A program made the position numbers and the translations under genes. Shown piece after piece: positions 1 through 10,079 of a stretch of 64,000 nucleotides of DNA. The notes beneath the pieces are model-generated. The model saw only the letters and a list, made by a program, of their open reading frames with translations. It had not been told where the DNA came from and did no database searches. Position 1 is the first letter of the stretch. Each line of letters begins with the position of its first letter. The stretch is from an uncultured Bacillales bacterium (GTDB lineage Bacteria; Bacillota_I; Bacilli_A; RFN20; CAG-288). Location: assembly GCA_905211645.1 (NCBI GenBank), contig CAJMBK010000001.1, positions 155,331 through 219,330 of the forward strand. The letters are read 5' to 3'.

Positions 1-651
1 TGTGAAAGACATAAATTCAAGATTGAAGTGCTTGATTACCTTGATGGTAATGAAGCAGGTATTTCATATGCTTCTTTATTAGTCAAAGGTAAAAACGCAT
101 ACGGATTACTTAAATCTGAACAAGGCGTTCATCGTCTTGTTAGAATCTCACCTTTTGATTCTTCAGGTTCTAGACATACCTCATTTGCTTCAGTCAGCGT
201 CATGCCAAATATTGATAACACTATCGATTTAAAGATCGATGATAAAGATTTGGAAATTGGTACTTACAGATCTTCTGGTGCAGGTGGTCAAAATGTTAAT
301 AAGACTGAATCAGCTGTTAGAATTTTGCATAAGCCTACTGGAATTGTAGTTACCTGCCAAGTTGAAAGATCTCAACTTCAGAATAAAACAATTGCTATGA
401 ATATGCTTAAAAGTAAGCTTATCATGCTTGAAGAAAAGAAAAAGAACGAAGAGATGTCTAAGATTTCTGGTGAGAAGAAAGATATCGAATGGGGAAGCCA
501 AATTCGTTCTTATGTTTTCTGTCCTTACACAATGGTTAAGGATCATAGAACAAATTATTCTGTCACTGATGTCTATGCCGTTATGGATGGCGACTTAGAT
601 GATTTTATTCAAGCATATTTAAAATGGAGGTATTCAAATGGCAAGAATTAA
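1..651 (+). CDS. prfB: Peptide chain release factor 2 (3' part; 5' end and programmed-frameshift site lie outside the window)
   Basis: In frame from position 1. GGQ motif ([18 protein letters not shown]) and typical RF2 C-terminal region. Confidence 0.85.
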   Translation, partial: CERHKFKIEVLDYLDGNEAGISYASLLVKGKNAYGLLKSEQGVHRLVRISPFDSSGSRHTSFASVSVMPNIDNTIDLKIDDKDLEIGTYRSSGAGGQNVNKTESAVRILHKPTGIVVTCQVERSQLQNKTIAMNMLKSKLIMLEEKKKNEEMSKISGEKKDIEWGSQIRSYVFCPYTMVKDHRTNYSVTDVYAVMDGDLDDFIQAYLKWRYSNGKN

Positions 652-1801
652 TACTTTCATTAAAAGAAAATCAAAAGAATATTGGCAAATTATCAAACAA
701 GAGTTCTATGCAGAGAGTGCATGGAGCTATTTTAAAAACATTTCTTTAACTATCTTAGGAAGTTGTTTAGTTGCATTTGCAGCCTGTTTATTCTACTTTC
801 CACTCTCAATTGTTAGTGGTGGTGTTTCAGGCTTAGTTATTGTTTTTGATCACTTCTGCGGATTAGGTGAAGAAGTTTGGAACTTAATTTTAACTTGGGG
901 ATTATTCGTTTTTGGACTTATAACTCTAGGTTTTAGATTCTCAATTAAGACTTTAATTGCAACAATTGTTTATCCAGTATTCGTTTTCGTATTCAAATAT
1001 TTAGCACAATTTGATTTGTTAGATATTACAAAATATTTGATTGATACTGGAACACTTCATGAAAGTTTGACTGAATTCCAAGTTACTGCAACCAATTTGG
1101 GCGTTTATCTTATTGGTGGTGTTTTTGGTGGTGCAATTACCGGTTTAGGAGTTGCTTTAACTTTCGTTGGCGGCGGTTCATCTGGTGGTGTTGACTGCTT
1201 AATTCTTTTCTTGCAGAAATATTTTAGAATTAAAGCCAGTATTTCATCACTTATTTTAGATACTGTAATTATCTTTGCTGGTTTCTTTGTAACCCAAGAT
1301 ATTATGAGAATCTTAGTTGGTATTATCGCTTCAATTTTATGTTCATTCTTAATTGATAAAGTATTCCTCGGTGGTACCAAACAATATGTAGCTTTTATTG
1401 TTACCAGTAATTATGCGGTGTTATCAAAAGAGATAAATTATAAACTTGAAAGAGGAACTACCTTACTTAAAAGTGTTGGTGGCTTCTCCGGTAAGAAAGG
1501 CTACACCGTTCAAGTTTGTTTTGATAGAAAAGATTATAAAGATTTAATCGCTATCGTTAATAGATGTGATAAGAGAGCCTTCATGACTGTAGTTAAAGCT
1601 GATGAAATTACAGGTTACGGTTTTAGCAAACGTAAAATTAAGAAGAAATATTTGAAAGTTAATCCATTCAAGAAGAAAGACATCGTTCCTTTGGAAGAAA
1701 TTACCCCTATGACAAAGGAAGAATTGTTGATTGAAGATTTAAGAATCAACAACCTCAAGAAAGAAAAGAGGAAAGATTATGGAGAAAAAGGCAAAAACTA
1801 G
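638..1801 (+). CDS. YitT-family membrane protein (DUF161 + DUF2179)
   Basis: Multi-pass hydrophobic N-terminal region and a C-terminal DUF2179-like segment ([15 protein letters not shown]). RBS GGAGG before the ATG. 4-codon overlap with the prfB stop. Confidence 0.6.
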   Translation: MARINTFIKRKSKEYWQIIKQEFYAESAWSYFKNISLTILGSCLVAFAACLFYFPLSIVSGGVSGLVIVFDHFCGLGEEVWNLILTWGLFVFGLITLGFRFSIKTLIATIVYPVFVFVFKYLAQFDLLDITKYLIDTGTLHESLTEFQVTATNLGVYLIGGVFGGAITGLGVALTFVGGGSSGGVDCLILFLQKYFRIKASISSLILDTVIIFAGFFVTQDIMRILVGIIASILCSFLIDKVFLGGTKQYVAFIVTSNYAVLSKEINYKLERGTTLLKSVGGFSGKKGYTVQVCFDRKDYKDLIAIVNRCDKRAFMTVVKADEITGYGFSKRKIKKKYLKVNPFKKKDIVPLEEITPMTKEELLIEDLRINNLKKEKRKDYGEKGKN

Positions 1802-3269
1802 TATTATCTACTGGAGTATTGTCGCTGTCGGTCTAGTCGTCCTACTTTTTGTCGGTGGTCTTTTAGGATACTTTGTTGCTTACAATCAGTATCGATTAAC
1901 ACCTTATGAACAAAGAGTTATGGAGATTTTCTCTTATATTAAAGAAAATTGGCTCTATAGTGCAGAATACGAAGATGTAGATAAAGTTATCGCTGATTTG
2001 ATGCTTAGTGGTTTAAATGATAGCGAAGATGATCCATTCATGGGCTATGCTTTAAGTGAAGAAGAGATGGGTACAGAAACTGATTATTCAAATAAATTGA
2101 GTTTAGGTCTCTCTTTATCAGCGACTGCAAATGGTTTACTTGTTTCTAAAGTTGAATTTGGTCCATCTTATGGCAAGATTAATATCAATGATTACATAGT
2201 TTCATTCTCAAATACTGGCTACAAGAATGGTCAAGAAATTAAAGTAGGAGAATGTGCTGATGGTTTAGCATTCATGCAAGAATTACAAGCTTGCTTAGCA
2301 ACTCATAATATTTCAACAACATTCACATTCGGTTTGAAAGATAAAGAACCTGTTCAAGTCACTTTAGGTGGTTACACAACTAATCCATTCTACATCATGA
2401 AAGATGTTGTTGATGGTGAAAACCATGATGTTGTTGTCAAAGTTTCAACATTCTTAGTTGACCCAACATCTTATGTTAAAGATTATTTGAATAAAACCAT
2501 TTCTGAAAATGGAAATATTGATACATTAGTTATTGATTTAACTAAAAATGGTGGCGGTGTTATTAATTACGCTAGAAACTTGATGGAACTATTTGCTGAT
2601 CAAGGTTCATTCTTATATAACATGATTGATACAAATAACACAACTACCTTTTATCAAGAAAGAAATCCTGATTTTGGTAGAAATAAGGTTGCTGATATCA
2701 AGCTTTTGATGGATGGTAGCACTGCTAGTGCTTCAGAATTATTTGCTTGTGCTTTAGCAGGAAATAATAGAGCTGAACTTTATGGAACCACCTCTTATGG
2801 CAAAGGTATCGGTCAAAGTGTCATCAGTTTTAAAGATGGTGCCACATTTAAATTCACAACTTTGTATACAACTTCACCTAAAACTGAAAATGGCGTTGTT
2901 AATCAAGATTTCACCTACAATGGTGTCGGTTTAAATCCAACTGATTTCGGTGGTGAAGAATTAACTGGTATTTACACCCAATATTCAGGAATTACAAATA
3001 CCCCTTCATCACTTGATACTAATACTTTATACCAACAAAAATTTATAATGTATTATCCCCAAATCACTGGTGATTCAACTCAATATTCCGATTATCAAGA
3101 ATACTTATATCACTATTGTGAAATTAAAGGAATAGATACAAATATCGATAGTTCTAAACCTTGGAAAGGTATTACTACATCACAAAAAATGTGTGATTCA
3201 ATTAATACAGACCTAATCAACTTATATCTTCAATATCAAAATGCTAACTATGATTATTTAATTAAGTAA
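1779..3269 (+). CDS. S41-family (C-terminal processing/tail-specific) peptidase, membrane-anchored
   Basis: N-terminal TM helix. S41 motifs VIDLTKNGGG and LLMDGSTASASELFACALAG ... YGKGIGQSV. Confidence 0.75.
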   Translation: MEKKAKTSIIYWSIVAVGLVVLLFVGGLLGYFVAYNQYRLTPYEQRVMEIFSYIKENWLYSAEYEDVDKVIADLMLSGLNDSEDDPFMGYALSEEEMGTETDYSNKLSLGLSLSATANGLLVSKVEFGPSYGKININDYIVSFSNTGYKNGQEIKVGECADGLAFMQELQACLATHNISTTFTFGLKDKEPVQVTLGGYTTNPFYIMKDVVDGENHDVVVKVSTFLVDPTSYVKDYLNKTISENGNIDTLVIDLTKNGGGVINYARNLMELFADQGSFLYNMIDTNNTTTFYQERNPDFGRNKVADIKLLMDGSTASASELFACALAGNNRAELYGTTSYGKGIGQSVISFKDGATFKFTTLYTTSPKTENGVVNQDFTYNGVGLNPTDFGGEELTGIYTQYSGITNTPSSLDTNTLYQQKFIMYYPQITGDSTQYSDYQEYLYHYCEIKGIDTNIDSSKPWKGITTSQKMCDSINTDLINLYLQYQNANYDYLIK

Positions 3270-3281
3270 GGAGGTTTTTAG

Positions 3282-5270
3282 ATGATAACTTATGATGCTA
3301 GTCATCCATTTGAGCTTGTAAGTTCTTATAAACCTACCGGTGACCAACCTCAAGCAATTCAAGCATTGTTAGACGGATTAAAAGCCAACAAACAATTCCA
3401 AGTTTTGCAAGGTGCAACAGGTACTGGTAAAACTTTTACTATTGCCAATGTTATTTACGGTGCTCAAAGACCAAGTTTAGTTATCGTCCACAATAAAACT
3501 TTAGCCGCTCAGCTTTATTCTGAATTGAAAGAGTTATTCCCTAAGAATAGAGTTGAATATTTCATTTCAAACTTTGACTTCTACCGACCTGAAGCCTACA
3601 TGCCAAAGACTGATACTTACATCGAAAAAGAAGTTAAATCCAACATGGAAATTGAAATGATGAGAGCGAGTGCTGTTAATTCTCTTCTTGAAAGAAGAGA
3701 TACAATTGTTGTTTGCTCAGTTGCTTCAATATATGGTTTAACAGATCCTGATGAATACGAAGGATTAGTTTTTGATTTAAGAGTTGGTGAAGAATTTGAT
3801 AGAAAGACAGTGGGTTACAAACTCCTTGAAGGTCAATATGCAAGAAATGATATTTCAAGAGATCCAGGTACCTTCTCAATTAGAGGTGATATTGTTGATA
3901 TTGTTCCATGTAACAATCAAAACACTTTAATTAGAATCACCTTAGATTTTGATGAAATTGAATCAATTGATGAAATTGATCTCGTCACTGGTGAATTCAT
4001 TAAAACATATGAGAAATACCAAGTATTTCCATGCTATGAACACGCTTCTAGTACAAAAACTATTCGAAGTGTCTGTGCAGATATTGCTAGAGAGCTTGAA
4101 GCAAGATACAAATTCTTCATGGATGAAGATAAGCGTTTGGAAGCAGAAAGAATCGACCAGAGAACTAGATTCGATATTGAGAGTTTACTTGAACAAGGTT
4201 ATTGTTCCGGTATGGAAAACTATTCAAGATACTTTGACGGAAGAAAAGAAGGTGAAATGCCATTCACAATTTTTGACTACTTCCCAAAAGATATGCTTTT
4301 ATTTGTTGATGAATCTCACGTTACTTTCTCACAAATTAAAGGTATGTACTTCGGTGATAGATCAAGAAAAGAAACATTGGTTGAATATGGTTTTAGACTT
4401 CCATCCTGTCTTGATAATAGACCTTTAAAGTTCGATGAATTTGAAAGTAAAATCGTTAATTGTATTTGCACTTCAGCTACACCTGGAGATTATGAACTTG
4501 GCAAAACTAATGGTGAAAAGATTGAACAAATCATCCGACCAACCGGTTTGTTAGATCCAGTAATTGAAGTTAGAAGTTATAAGAATAACCCAGTTTTCGA
4601 TTTGATGGAAGAAATCAAAAAGGGAGCTGAGAAGAATGAACGAACTCTTGTCATTACTTTAACTATTAAAGATGCAAAGAACTTAACCGAATTCTACAAA
4701 CAAAACGGATTGAAAGTTGCTTACATTCAGCACGAAGTTAAGACTTTGGAAAGAACTGAAATTATTTATAAGTTAAGAAAAGGAATCTATGACTGCGTCA
4801 TTGGTATTAACCTTTTAAGGGAAGGTCTTGATATCCCTGAAGTTAGTTTGATTGCAATTTTTGACGCAGATAAGGAAGGTTTCTTACGTTCAACAAGATC
4901 ACTTATCCAGATTGTTGGTCGTGCAGCTAGAAATGAAAATGGTCATGTCATCATGTATGCAGATACAATCAGTGATTCTATGAAAGAAACAATCGATGAA
5001 ACAAAACGTAGAAGATCTATTCAAGAAGCATACAATAAAGAACATAACATTACTCCCAAAACTATTGTTAAACCAATTTTGGAACCAGTTCATATTATTG
5101 ATACAGTTAAAGGTAAGGATATCGATGCTAAAACTTTATCTCGTACTGAACTTCAAAATGAAATTAAGAAGTTGCAGAAGGAGATGAAGAAGAGAGCTCA
5201 CGATATGGATTTCGAAGCTGCAGCAGAATTAAGAGATATCATTATCGAATTACAAGGACAATTAAAATAA
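3282..5270 (+). CDS. uvrB: Excinuclease ABC subunit B
   Basis: 662 aa. Walker A GATGTGKT, beta-hairpin and helicase motifs, C-terminal UVR domain (DFEAAAELRDII). Strong RBS. Confidence 0.95.
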   Translation: MITYDASHPFELVSSYKPTGDQPQAIQALLDGLKANKQFQVLQGATGTGKTFTIANVIYGAQRPSLVIVHNKTLAAQLYSELKELFPKNRVEYFISNFDFYRPEAYMPKTDTYIEKEVKSNMEIEMMRASAVNSLLERRDTIVVCSVASIYGLTDPDEYEGLVFDLRVGEEFDRKTVGYKLLEGQYARNDISRDPGTFSIRGDIVDIVPCNNQNTLIRITLDFDEIESIDEIDLVTGEFIKTYEKYQVFPCYEHASSTKTIRSVCADIARELEARYKFFMDEDKRLEAERIDQRTRFDIESLLEQGYCSGMENYSRYFDGRKEGEMPFTIFDYFPKDMLLFVDESHVTFSQIKGMYFGDRSRKETLVEYGFRLPSCLDNRPLKFDEFESKIVNCICTSATPGDYELGKTNGEKIEQIIRPTGLLDPVIEVRSYKNNPVFDLMEEIKKGAEKNERTLVITLTIKDAKNLTEFYKQNGLKVAYIQHEVKTLERTEIIYKLRKGIYDCVIGINLLREGLDIPEVSLIAIFDADKEGFLRSTRSLIQIVGRAARNENGHVIMYADTISDSMKETIDETKRRRSIQEAYNKEHNITPKTIVKPILEPVHIIDTVKGKDIDAKTLSRTELQNEIKKLQKEMKKRAHDMDFEAAAELRDIIIELQGQLK

Positions 5271-5313
5271 ATGAAAATGCCGTAACCATTCACTTTGGCT
5301 ACGGCAATTTTAA

Positions 5314-6186
5314 TTATTTAGTTTCTTCTGTGTTATTAGTTTCTGTATTTTCTGAAGTATTTTTGACTTCAACTTTTTCTGTTGAAGCGTTATCTAAAAC
5401 ATCTGGAGTTTCAGATTTGATTTCAACTGCTTGAGCTTCTTGAGTATTTTCGAGTTGCTTAACTTCTGGATTTTCGATTTGTTGAACAACTTCTTCGACA
5501 TCTGTAGGTTTGTTATCATCAACAATTTCAACTTTGGTGACTTCTTTTTTCTTGTTGAAGTATGCAAGATTTGAACCAATCTTGTCTTCTTTAACTAAGG
5601 TTTTAACAATCATACAGATTGATGGACCTAAGACAAGATTTAAGCAGAATTCGAGAATGAAGTTGACACCGATGAATGTTAAGAACAAGTATTGAACTGG
5701 GGTTTGACCTGCATCTTGACCACCACTTGATAATAAATTACCAAAGAATAATGCACAACCTGCTGCAAAGATTCCTGTATTAACAATTGGAGTGATGATA
5801 GCTGCTGCAAAACAAGCGGTTTTGAAGAATTTTTTATATAACAATTGGAAGACTAAGCCAGCGAGTGCACCTGCAACAGAAGTTTTAATTAAGCAGAGGA
5901 ATACAGTTGCCCATGCGTTGATAGGCATGAAGACTGACAAAGTAGATGGAGATAAAATAATAACGATACCTAAAACGAAACCTGTAATTGCACCGCCTGA
6001 AACACCATATAAAATTGATGCTAATACGAGTGGTACTAAGGCGAAGTTGAATGAAACACCACCAACTGATGGAGTGTAGTTAGCAATGACCTGTAAAACA
6101 ACTACGAGTGCGACTAAAACACTAATACCGCAGATTTTTCGAACTAATAAACTATTGTTGGACCTTGTCCTTAAAACACTATTCAT
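5314..6186 (-). CDS. ECF-transporter S-component-like membrane protein with an acidic low-complexity C-terminal tail
   Basis: About 200 aa core with 5-6 TM helices typical of an ECF substrate-capture subunit. Followed by about 80 aa of E/T/N/V-rich low complexity. Good RBS (AAGGAGA). Confidence 0.4.
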   Translation of the reverse strand: MNSVLRTRSNNSLLVRKICGISVLVALVVVLQVIANYTPSVGGVSFNFALVPLVLASILYGVSGGAITGFVLGIVIILSPSTLSVFMPINAWATVFLCLIKTSVAGALAGLVFQLLYKKFFKTACFAAAIITPIVNTGIFAAGCALFFGNLLSSGGQDAGQTPVQYLFLTFIGVNFILEFCLNLVLGPSICMIVKTLVKEDKIGSNLAYFNKKKEVTKVEIVDDNKPTDVEEVVQQIENPEVKQLENTQEAQAVEIKSETPDVLDNASTEKVEVKNTSENTETNNTEETK

Positions 6187-6279
6187 AATATTCTCCTTCT
6201 AAATAGCCGTAATATTATATCATTTTAAAATCCTAGGTCAAATTTTAGTTGACAGATTTTAAATGTGTAATCATTTTTA

Positions 6280-6306
6280 CGAAAAAAGACGGTTTTCACC
6301 GTCTTA
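6280..6306 (-). terminator. Intrinsic terminator (hairpin AAGACGG...CCGTCTT followed by a T-run on the minus strand)
   Basis: Inverted repeat 6286-6305. On the minus strand it is followed by TTTTTT. Sits at the end of the CNNM gene pair. Confidence 0.5.
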
Positions 6307-7629
6307 ATTGTCTTTTTTATCTTTCTGTTCATCTTCGCTCTTATCTTGTTTGACTAACAATTTCTTAACAGTCTTATGTTTACCAAGAGCGATGACTTTC
6401 ATGGTTAAATCTTTATAGTGGATTACATCGCCAACGCTAGCGAATCTATCATCAAGTAATTCAATGATAAAACCACCAACTGTGACATATTCTGTATCGA
6501 TTTCTTCATCATTAATATCGAATAAATCGAAGAAATCTTCAAGGTTCATACCACCATCGATGATATAACTACCATCTGATTTTTCGCTTACTGGATTATC
6601 AGGATCATCTGTTTCATCCCAGATTTCACCAACGATTTCTTCCAAAATATCTTCGATAGAAATTAAACCATCAGTGCCACCATATTCATCTAAGACGATA
6701 GCAATGTTTTGCTTTGTATCGTAGAATTGTTTTAAACAATCATTAATTTCAGTACTTCTTGGGATGAAAGTGATAGGTTGAATGATACTTTCAATTGATT
6801 CAGTTTTATTCTCTAACATCAATCTAACAATATCTTTACTTCTTACGAAACCGATAATGTTGTCGATATTTTCATCATAAACTGGAATTCTTGAATGTTG
6901 ATAAGTCTTAGAATTCTTACAAATTTCGTGAAGAGGTTTTGTTTTATCGATTGCATAAATCTTGGATCTAGGAGTCATGATTTCATAAGCTTCAGTTGAA
7001 GCGTAATCGATTGTGCCTCTTAAAAGTTCAGCTTTATCTTCATCGATAATACCTTTTTCTTCAATTTCATCGACCATTTCATGAAGTTCATCATCTTTAA
7101 TTTGGATGTCTTTCATGTAATGAACTAATGGGAAAGATAAGATATTTCCAAAACCACCAACGATGAAGGTGATTGGGATTGTGATGCAGTAACAAACAAG
7201 TAATGGCATTGAGAACCATCTTGTAAGTTTGTAGTTGTAAATTCTTCCAAGTGATTTAGAGATAATTTCACCGAAAGTAATCTTCAAGACAAGCATTGTC
7301 ATAGAAGCGGCTAAACCGAATATTTCTTGTGTATCAGGATCAGAATTAACACCTAAAGCTAATACACAGATTTGAATACCTAACAATGTTGAGAAGGTAT
7401 CAAGAGCAGCGTTAACTGTATCGTTGAAGAACAAGATACAAGAAATAGTTTTATCGTAGTTTTTCTCTAAGCTAATTGCTCTTTTCAAGGAACTGGATGG
7501 TCTAACTTTGTAGTCGTTCTGCATTTTATGCAATGAAGTACTACCGTAAGCCATGTCAGATGATGAGAAGAACATTGATAAGAAGAGCAAGACGATAAGG
7601 ATAATCACATATGTAATAACTAATTCCAT
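6304..7629 (-). CDS. CNNM/HlyC/CorC-family protein (DUF21 + CBS pair + CorC_HlyC transporter-associated domain)
   Basis: N-terminal TM DUF21, CBS region, and a C-terminal IEDILEEIVGEIWDE-type CorC domain. Likely start is the internal ATG at 7629 preceded by AGGAG; the track start at 7686 overlaps the upstream gene. Confidence 0.7.
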   Translation of the reverse strand: MELVITYVIILIVLLFLSMFFSSSDMAYGSTSLHKMQNDYKVRPSSSLKRAISLEKNYDKTISCILFFNDTVNAALDTFSTLLGIQICVLALGVNSDPDTQEIFGLAASMTMLVLKITFGEIISKSLGRIYNYKLTRWFSMPLLVCYCITIPITFIVGGFGNILSFPLVHYMKDIQIKDDELHEMVDEIEEKGIIDEDKAELLRGTIDYASTEAYEIMTPRSKIYAIDKTKPLHEICKNSKTYQHSRIPVYDENIDNIIGFVRSKDIVRLMLENKTESIESIIQPITFIPRSTEINDCLKQFYDTKQNIAIVLDEYGGTDGLISIEDILEEIVGEIWDETDDPDNPVSEKSDGSYIIDGGMNLEDFFDLFDINDEEIDTEYVTVGGFIIELLDDRFASVGDVIHYKDLTMKVIALGKHKTVKKLLVKQDKSEDEQKDKKDN

Positions 7630-7630
7630 A

Positions 7631-8752
7631 CTATTGATTCTCCTTTTGCAATTGAGGTGCTGCTGACTGTGCAAAGACTTGTTCACCGACTAATTCGTCG
7701 AGTAAGTCTTCCATGGTAATCATACCTACAACTTCATCTCGATCATTTTTAACAATAGCGATATGAACTTTTTCGCTGTTAAGTTGATCAAAAATGTCTG
7801 GGATTGAATCAGTTTCTTTAACGTAAATAGGTTGTGTTAAACAACTTCTGATATCCAAATGTGGGTCTTCTGTGAACTCTTTGAAGTAGCTATTAACGTT
7901 TAAAATACCGATAATGTTATCTTTGTCTTCAAAATAAACAGGGAATCTTGAGTAGACATTACTCATGATAAACTTGTTTAAAGAGTCAGTTGTTAATCCC
8001 TTTAAATCAATAGAAACAATCTTATCTTTTGGAGTTAAGATGTTTGAAATCTTGATTGAATCTAATGCGAATGCCCTTTTTAAGATGTTCAATTCATTAG
8101 GTTCAAATAATGATTCTTCTTTCTCGTTGATATTTTCATCATTGACTGCAGTATCTGCTTGTTCGATAAACTCTTCTTTAGTGAAGATGTTATCTTCTTT
8201 AATCTTGAAGATTTTATGAACAGCTTTAAGAATTAAACTGAAGATGTAAATAACTGGGAATAGTAAGTAGTAACAAATTATATCTGGCCAAGCAAGAATG
8301 TACGCCATTCTGTTTGGGAAAGTCTTCGACAGAATTTTAGGAACAGTGTCTGAAACAACATAAATCAAACATGCCATGATAATTGTTGAGATGATACCAA
8401 CAACTTCCTCTTGGTATGTGTTGATGAAAATGTTGTAGAACAAAACTGTAGAGAAGGTTGTCATCAAAGTTTGAACAATGTTGTTACCGACTAAAACAGT
8501 AATTAAAGTATTGTCAAATTTTTCAACTAACTTAACGATAATTTTCGCTGTTAGTTTACCTTCATCTGCGAGAACTTTAAAATGATATTTGTTACAGTTA
8601 CTAAAAGCATTTTCTGATGCACTGAAAACACCAGAAACAATCAATAAAATGGCAATAACGAGCCAGGCAGCCCAAGTAGGCATGCCATAAACGGTCTCAT
8701 TGACCTGTGTAGTATTACTTAAAAATAAATTAAAATTTGAGTACGGATCCAT
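7631..8752 (-). CDS. CNNM/HlyC-family protein (DUF21 + CBS pair, shorter paralog)
   Basis: Paralog of the downstream gene. TM DUF21 region plus CBS pair. Ends with MEDLLDELVGEQVF. Confidence 0.65.
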   Translation of the reverse strand: MDPYSNFNLFLSNTTQVNETVYGMPTWAAWLVIAILLIVSGVFSASENAFSNCNKYHFKVLADEGKLTAKIIVKLVEKFDNTLITVLVGNNIVQTLMTTFSTVLFYNIFINTYQEEVVGIISTIIMACLIYVVSDTVPKILSKTFPNRMAYILAWPDIICYYLLFPVIYIFSLILKAVHKIFKIKEDNIFTKEEFIEQADTAVNDENINEKEESLFEPNELNILKRAFALDSIKISNILTPKDKIVSIDLKGLTTDSLNKFIMSNVYSRFPVYFEDKDNIIGILNVNSYFKEFTEDPHLDIRSCLTQPIYVKETDSIPDIFDQLNSEKVHIAIVKNDRDEVVGMITMEDLLDELVGEQVFAQSAAPQLQKENQ

Positions 8753-8798
8753 ATTTAAAATAAATTTTGCAAAAATATTATCAAAAAATCAAGAATTA

Positions 8799-10079
8799 TT
8801 ATTTGACGTTTTTGGTCTTCCAAGCCTTAATGGCTTGCAATGATTCGTCATAAACTCTTTCTTTATCTTTCTTATTTGGTGAATATAAAATGCCGTAAGT
8901 TGCATTCATTGGAGCAAAATGTTTTGGACTTGTCATAACTAAGTAGTTAACTAAAGAACCTAACATTGTGTTAAGTGGAATGTAACCTGGCTCTTTTCCT
9001 TCTAAGTAATCTCTAACATAGAAGCTGACAAGTAAACCCATTGCTGCAGATTCAACATAACCTTCAACACCTGATAATTGACCGGCTAAAAAGATGTTAG
9101 GTTTTGCTTTCAAAGAAAGATTTCTATTTAAAACAGCTGGTGCATTAACACATGTGTTTTTATGCATTAAACCAAATCTAGCAAATTTAACATTTTCTAA
9201 ACCTGGAAGAGAAGTGATCAATTCCTTTTGCGCTTGATAGGTTAAATTTGTTTGGAAACCAACCATGTTATACAAAGTTTTAGCAGCATCATCCTGTCTT
9301 AATTGGATAACGGCAAAGACATCTTTATCTTCTGTGATTCCTTTTGGAGACATTGGACCAAATCTAAGTGTGTTTGGACCTCTTGAAGCAATAACTTCAA
9401 TTGGTAAACAACCTTCAAAATGGGAGTTATCATGTGTCATAACTTTTGGAGATGACAATAATTTATCAACAAAATCAAAGTATTGATCTTTATTTAAAAG
9501 GATATTCAAGTAGTTTGAGTTTTCGTCACCAACTTTGTATTTACTACCTTTAACCATTTTTGAAGTATCCATGGTTGAAGCGAATAATAGTGGTGAAGCA
9601 GCATCAAAGAATGAGAAAAATGAATTTCCAATAACTGACATCAATGAATTACTTAAAGCAGAACTGGTTAATGGACCAGTTGCTAAAATTGTGGGTTCAT
9701 CAGTTAACTCAGTGTATTCTTTAGAGATAATCTTGATGTTAGGATTATTTTTAATTTTCTCAGTGATATAACCGGAAAACTTTTCTCTATCGACAACTAA
9801 GTCATCACTTCCTTCAATTCGAGCAAAATTAGCAGCTTCCATGAATAAAGAACCAAGAGATTCCATTTCAGACTTTAAAAGTCCTGAAGCATTTGTTTTC
9901 AAATAGGATTTGAAAGAGTTTGAGCAAACTAATTCTGCTAATAAATCTTTAGAAGATTGAGCCTCATTCATTGAATCAGGCTTTGTATCATATAAATGAA
10001 CTTCATAACCAAGTTTAGCAAGTTGATAACTTGCTTCACAACCTGCTAAACCAGCTCCAATAACATTAATTTTCTTCAT
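8799..10079 (-). CDS. trmFO: Methylenetetrahydrofolate--tRNA-(uracil54-C5)-methyltransferase TrmFO (Gid)
   Basis: N-terminal FAD Rossmann motif MKKINVIGAGLAGCEASYQLA. Conserved position downstream of topA. Confidence 0.9.
   Translation of the reverse strand: MKKINVIGAGLAGCEASYQLAKLGYEVHLYDTKPDSMNEAQSSKDLLAELVCSNSFKSYLKTNASGLLKSEMESLGSLFMEAANFARIEGSDDLVVDREKFSGYITEKIKNNPNIKIISKEYTELTDEPTILATGPLTSSALSNSLMSVIGNSFFSFFDAASPLLFASTMDTSKMVKGSKYKVGDENSNYLNILLNKDQYFDFVDKLLSSPKVMTHDNSHFEGCLPIEVIASRGPNTLRFGPMSPKGITEDKDVFAVIQLRQDDAAKTLYNMVGFQTNLTYQAQKELITSLPGLENVKFARFGLMHKNTCVNAPAVLNRNLSLKAKPNIFLAGQLSGVEGYVESAAMGLLVSFYVRDYLEGKEPGYIPLNTMLGSLVNYLVMTSPKHFAPMNATYGILYSPNKKDKERVYDESLQAIKAWKTKNVK

Noticed and set aside
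3949-4428. 159-aa ORF in another frame inside uvrB (and similar shadow ORFs at 7965-8219, 11531-12073, 23975-24226, 42351-42593, 48652-48984, 60575-60880)
   Set aside because: They fall entirely inside strongly supported genes in alternative frames or antisense, with no RBS and no conserved motifs. They are typical AT-rich-genome shadow ORFs.
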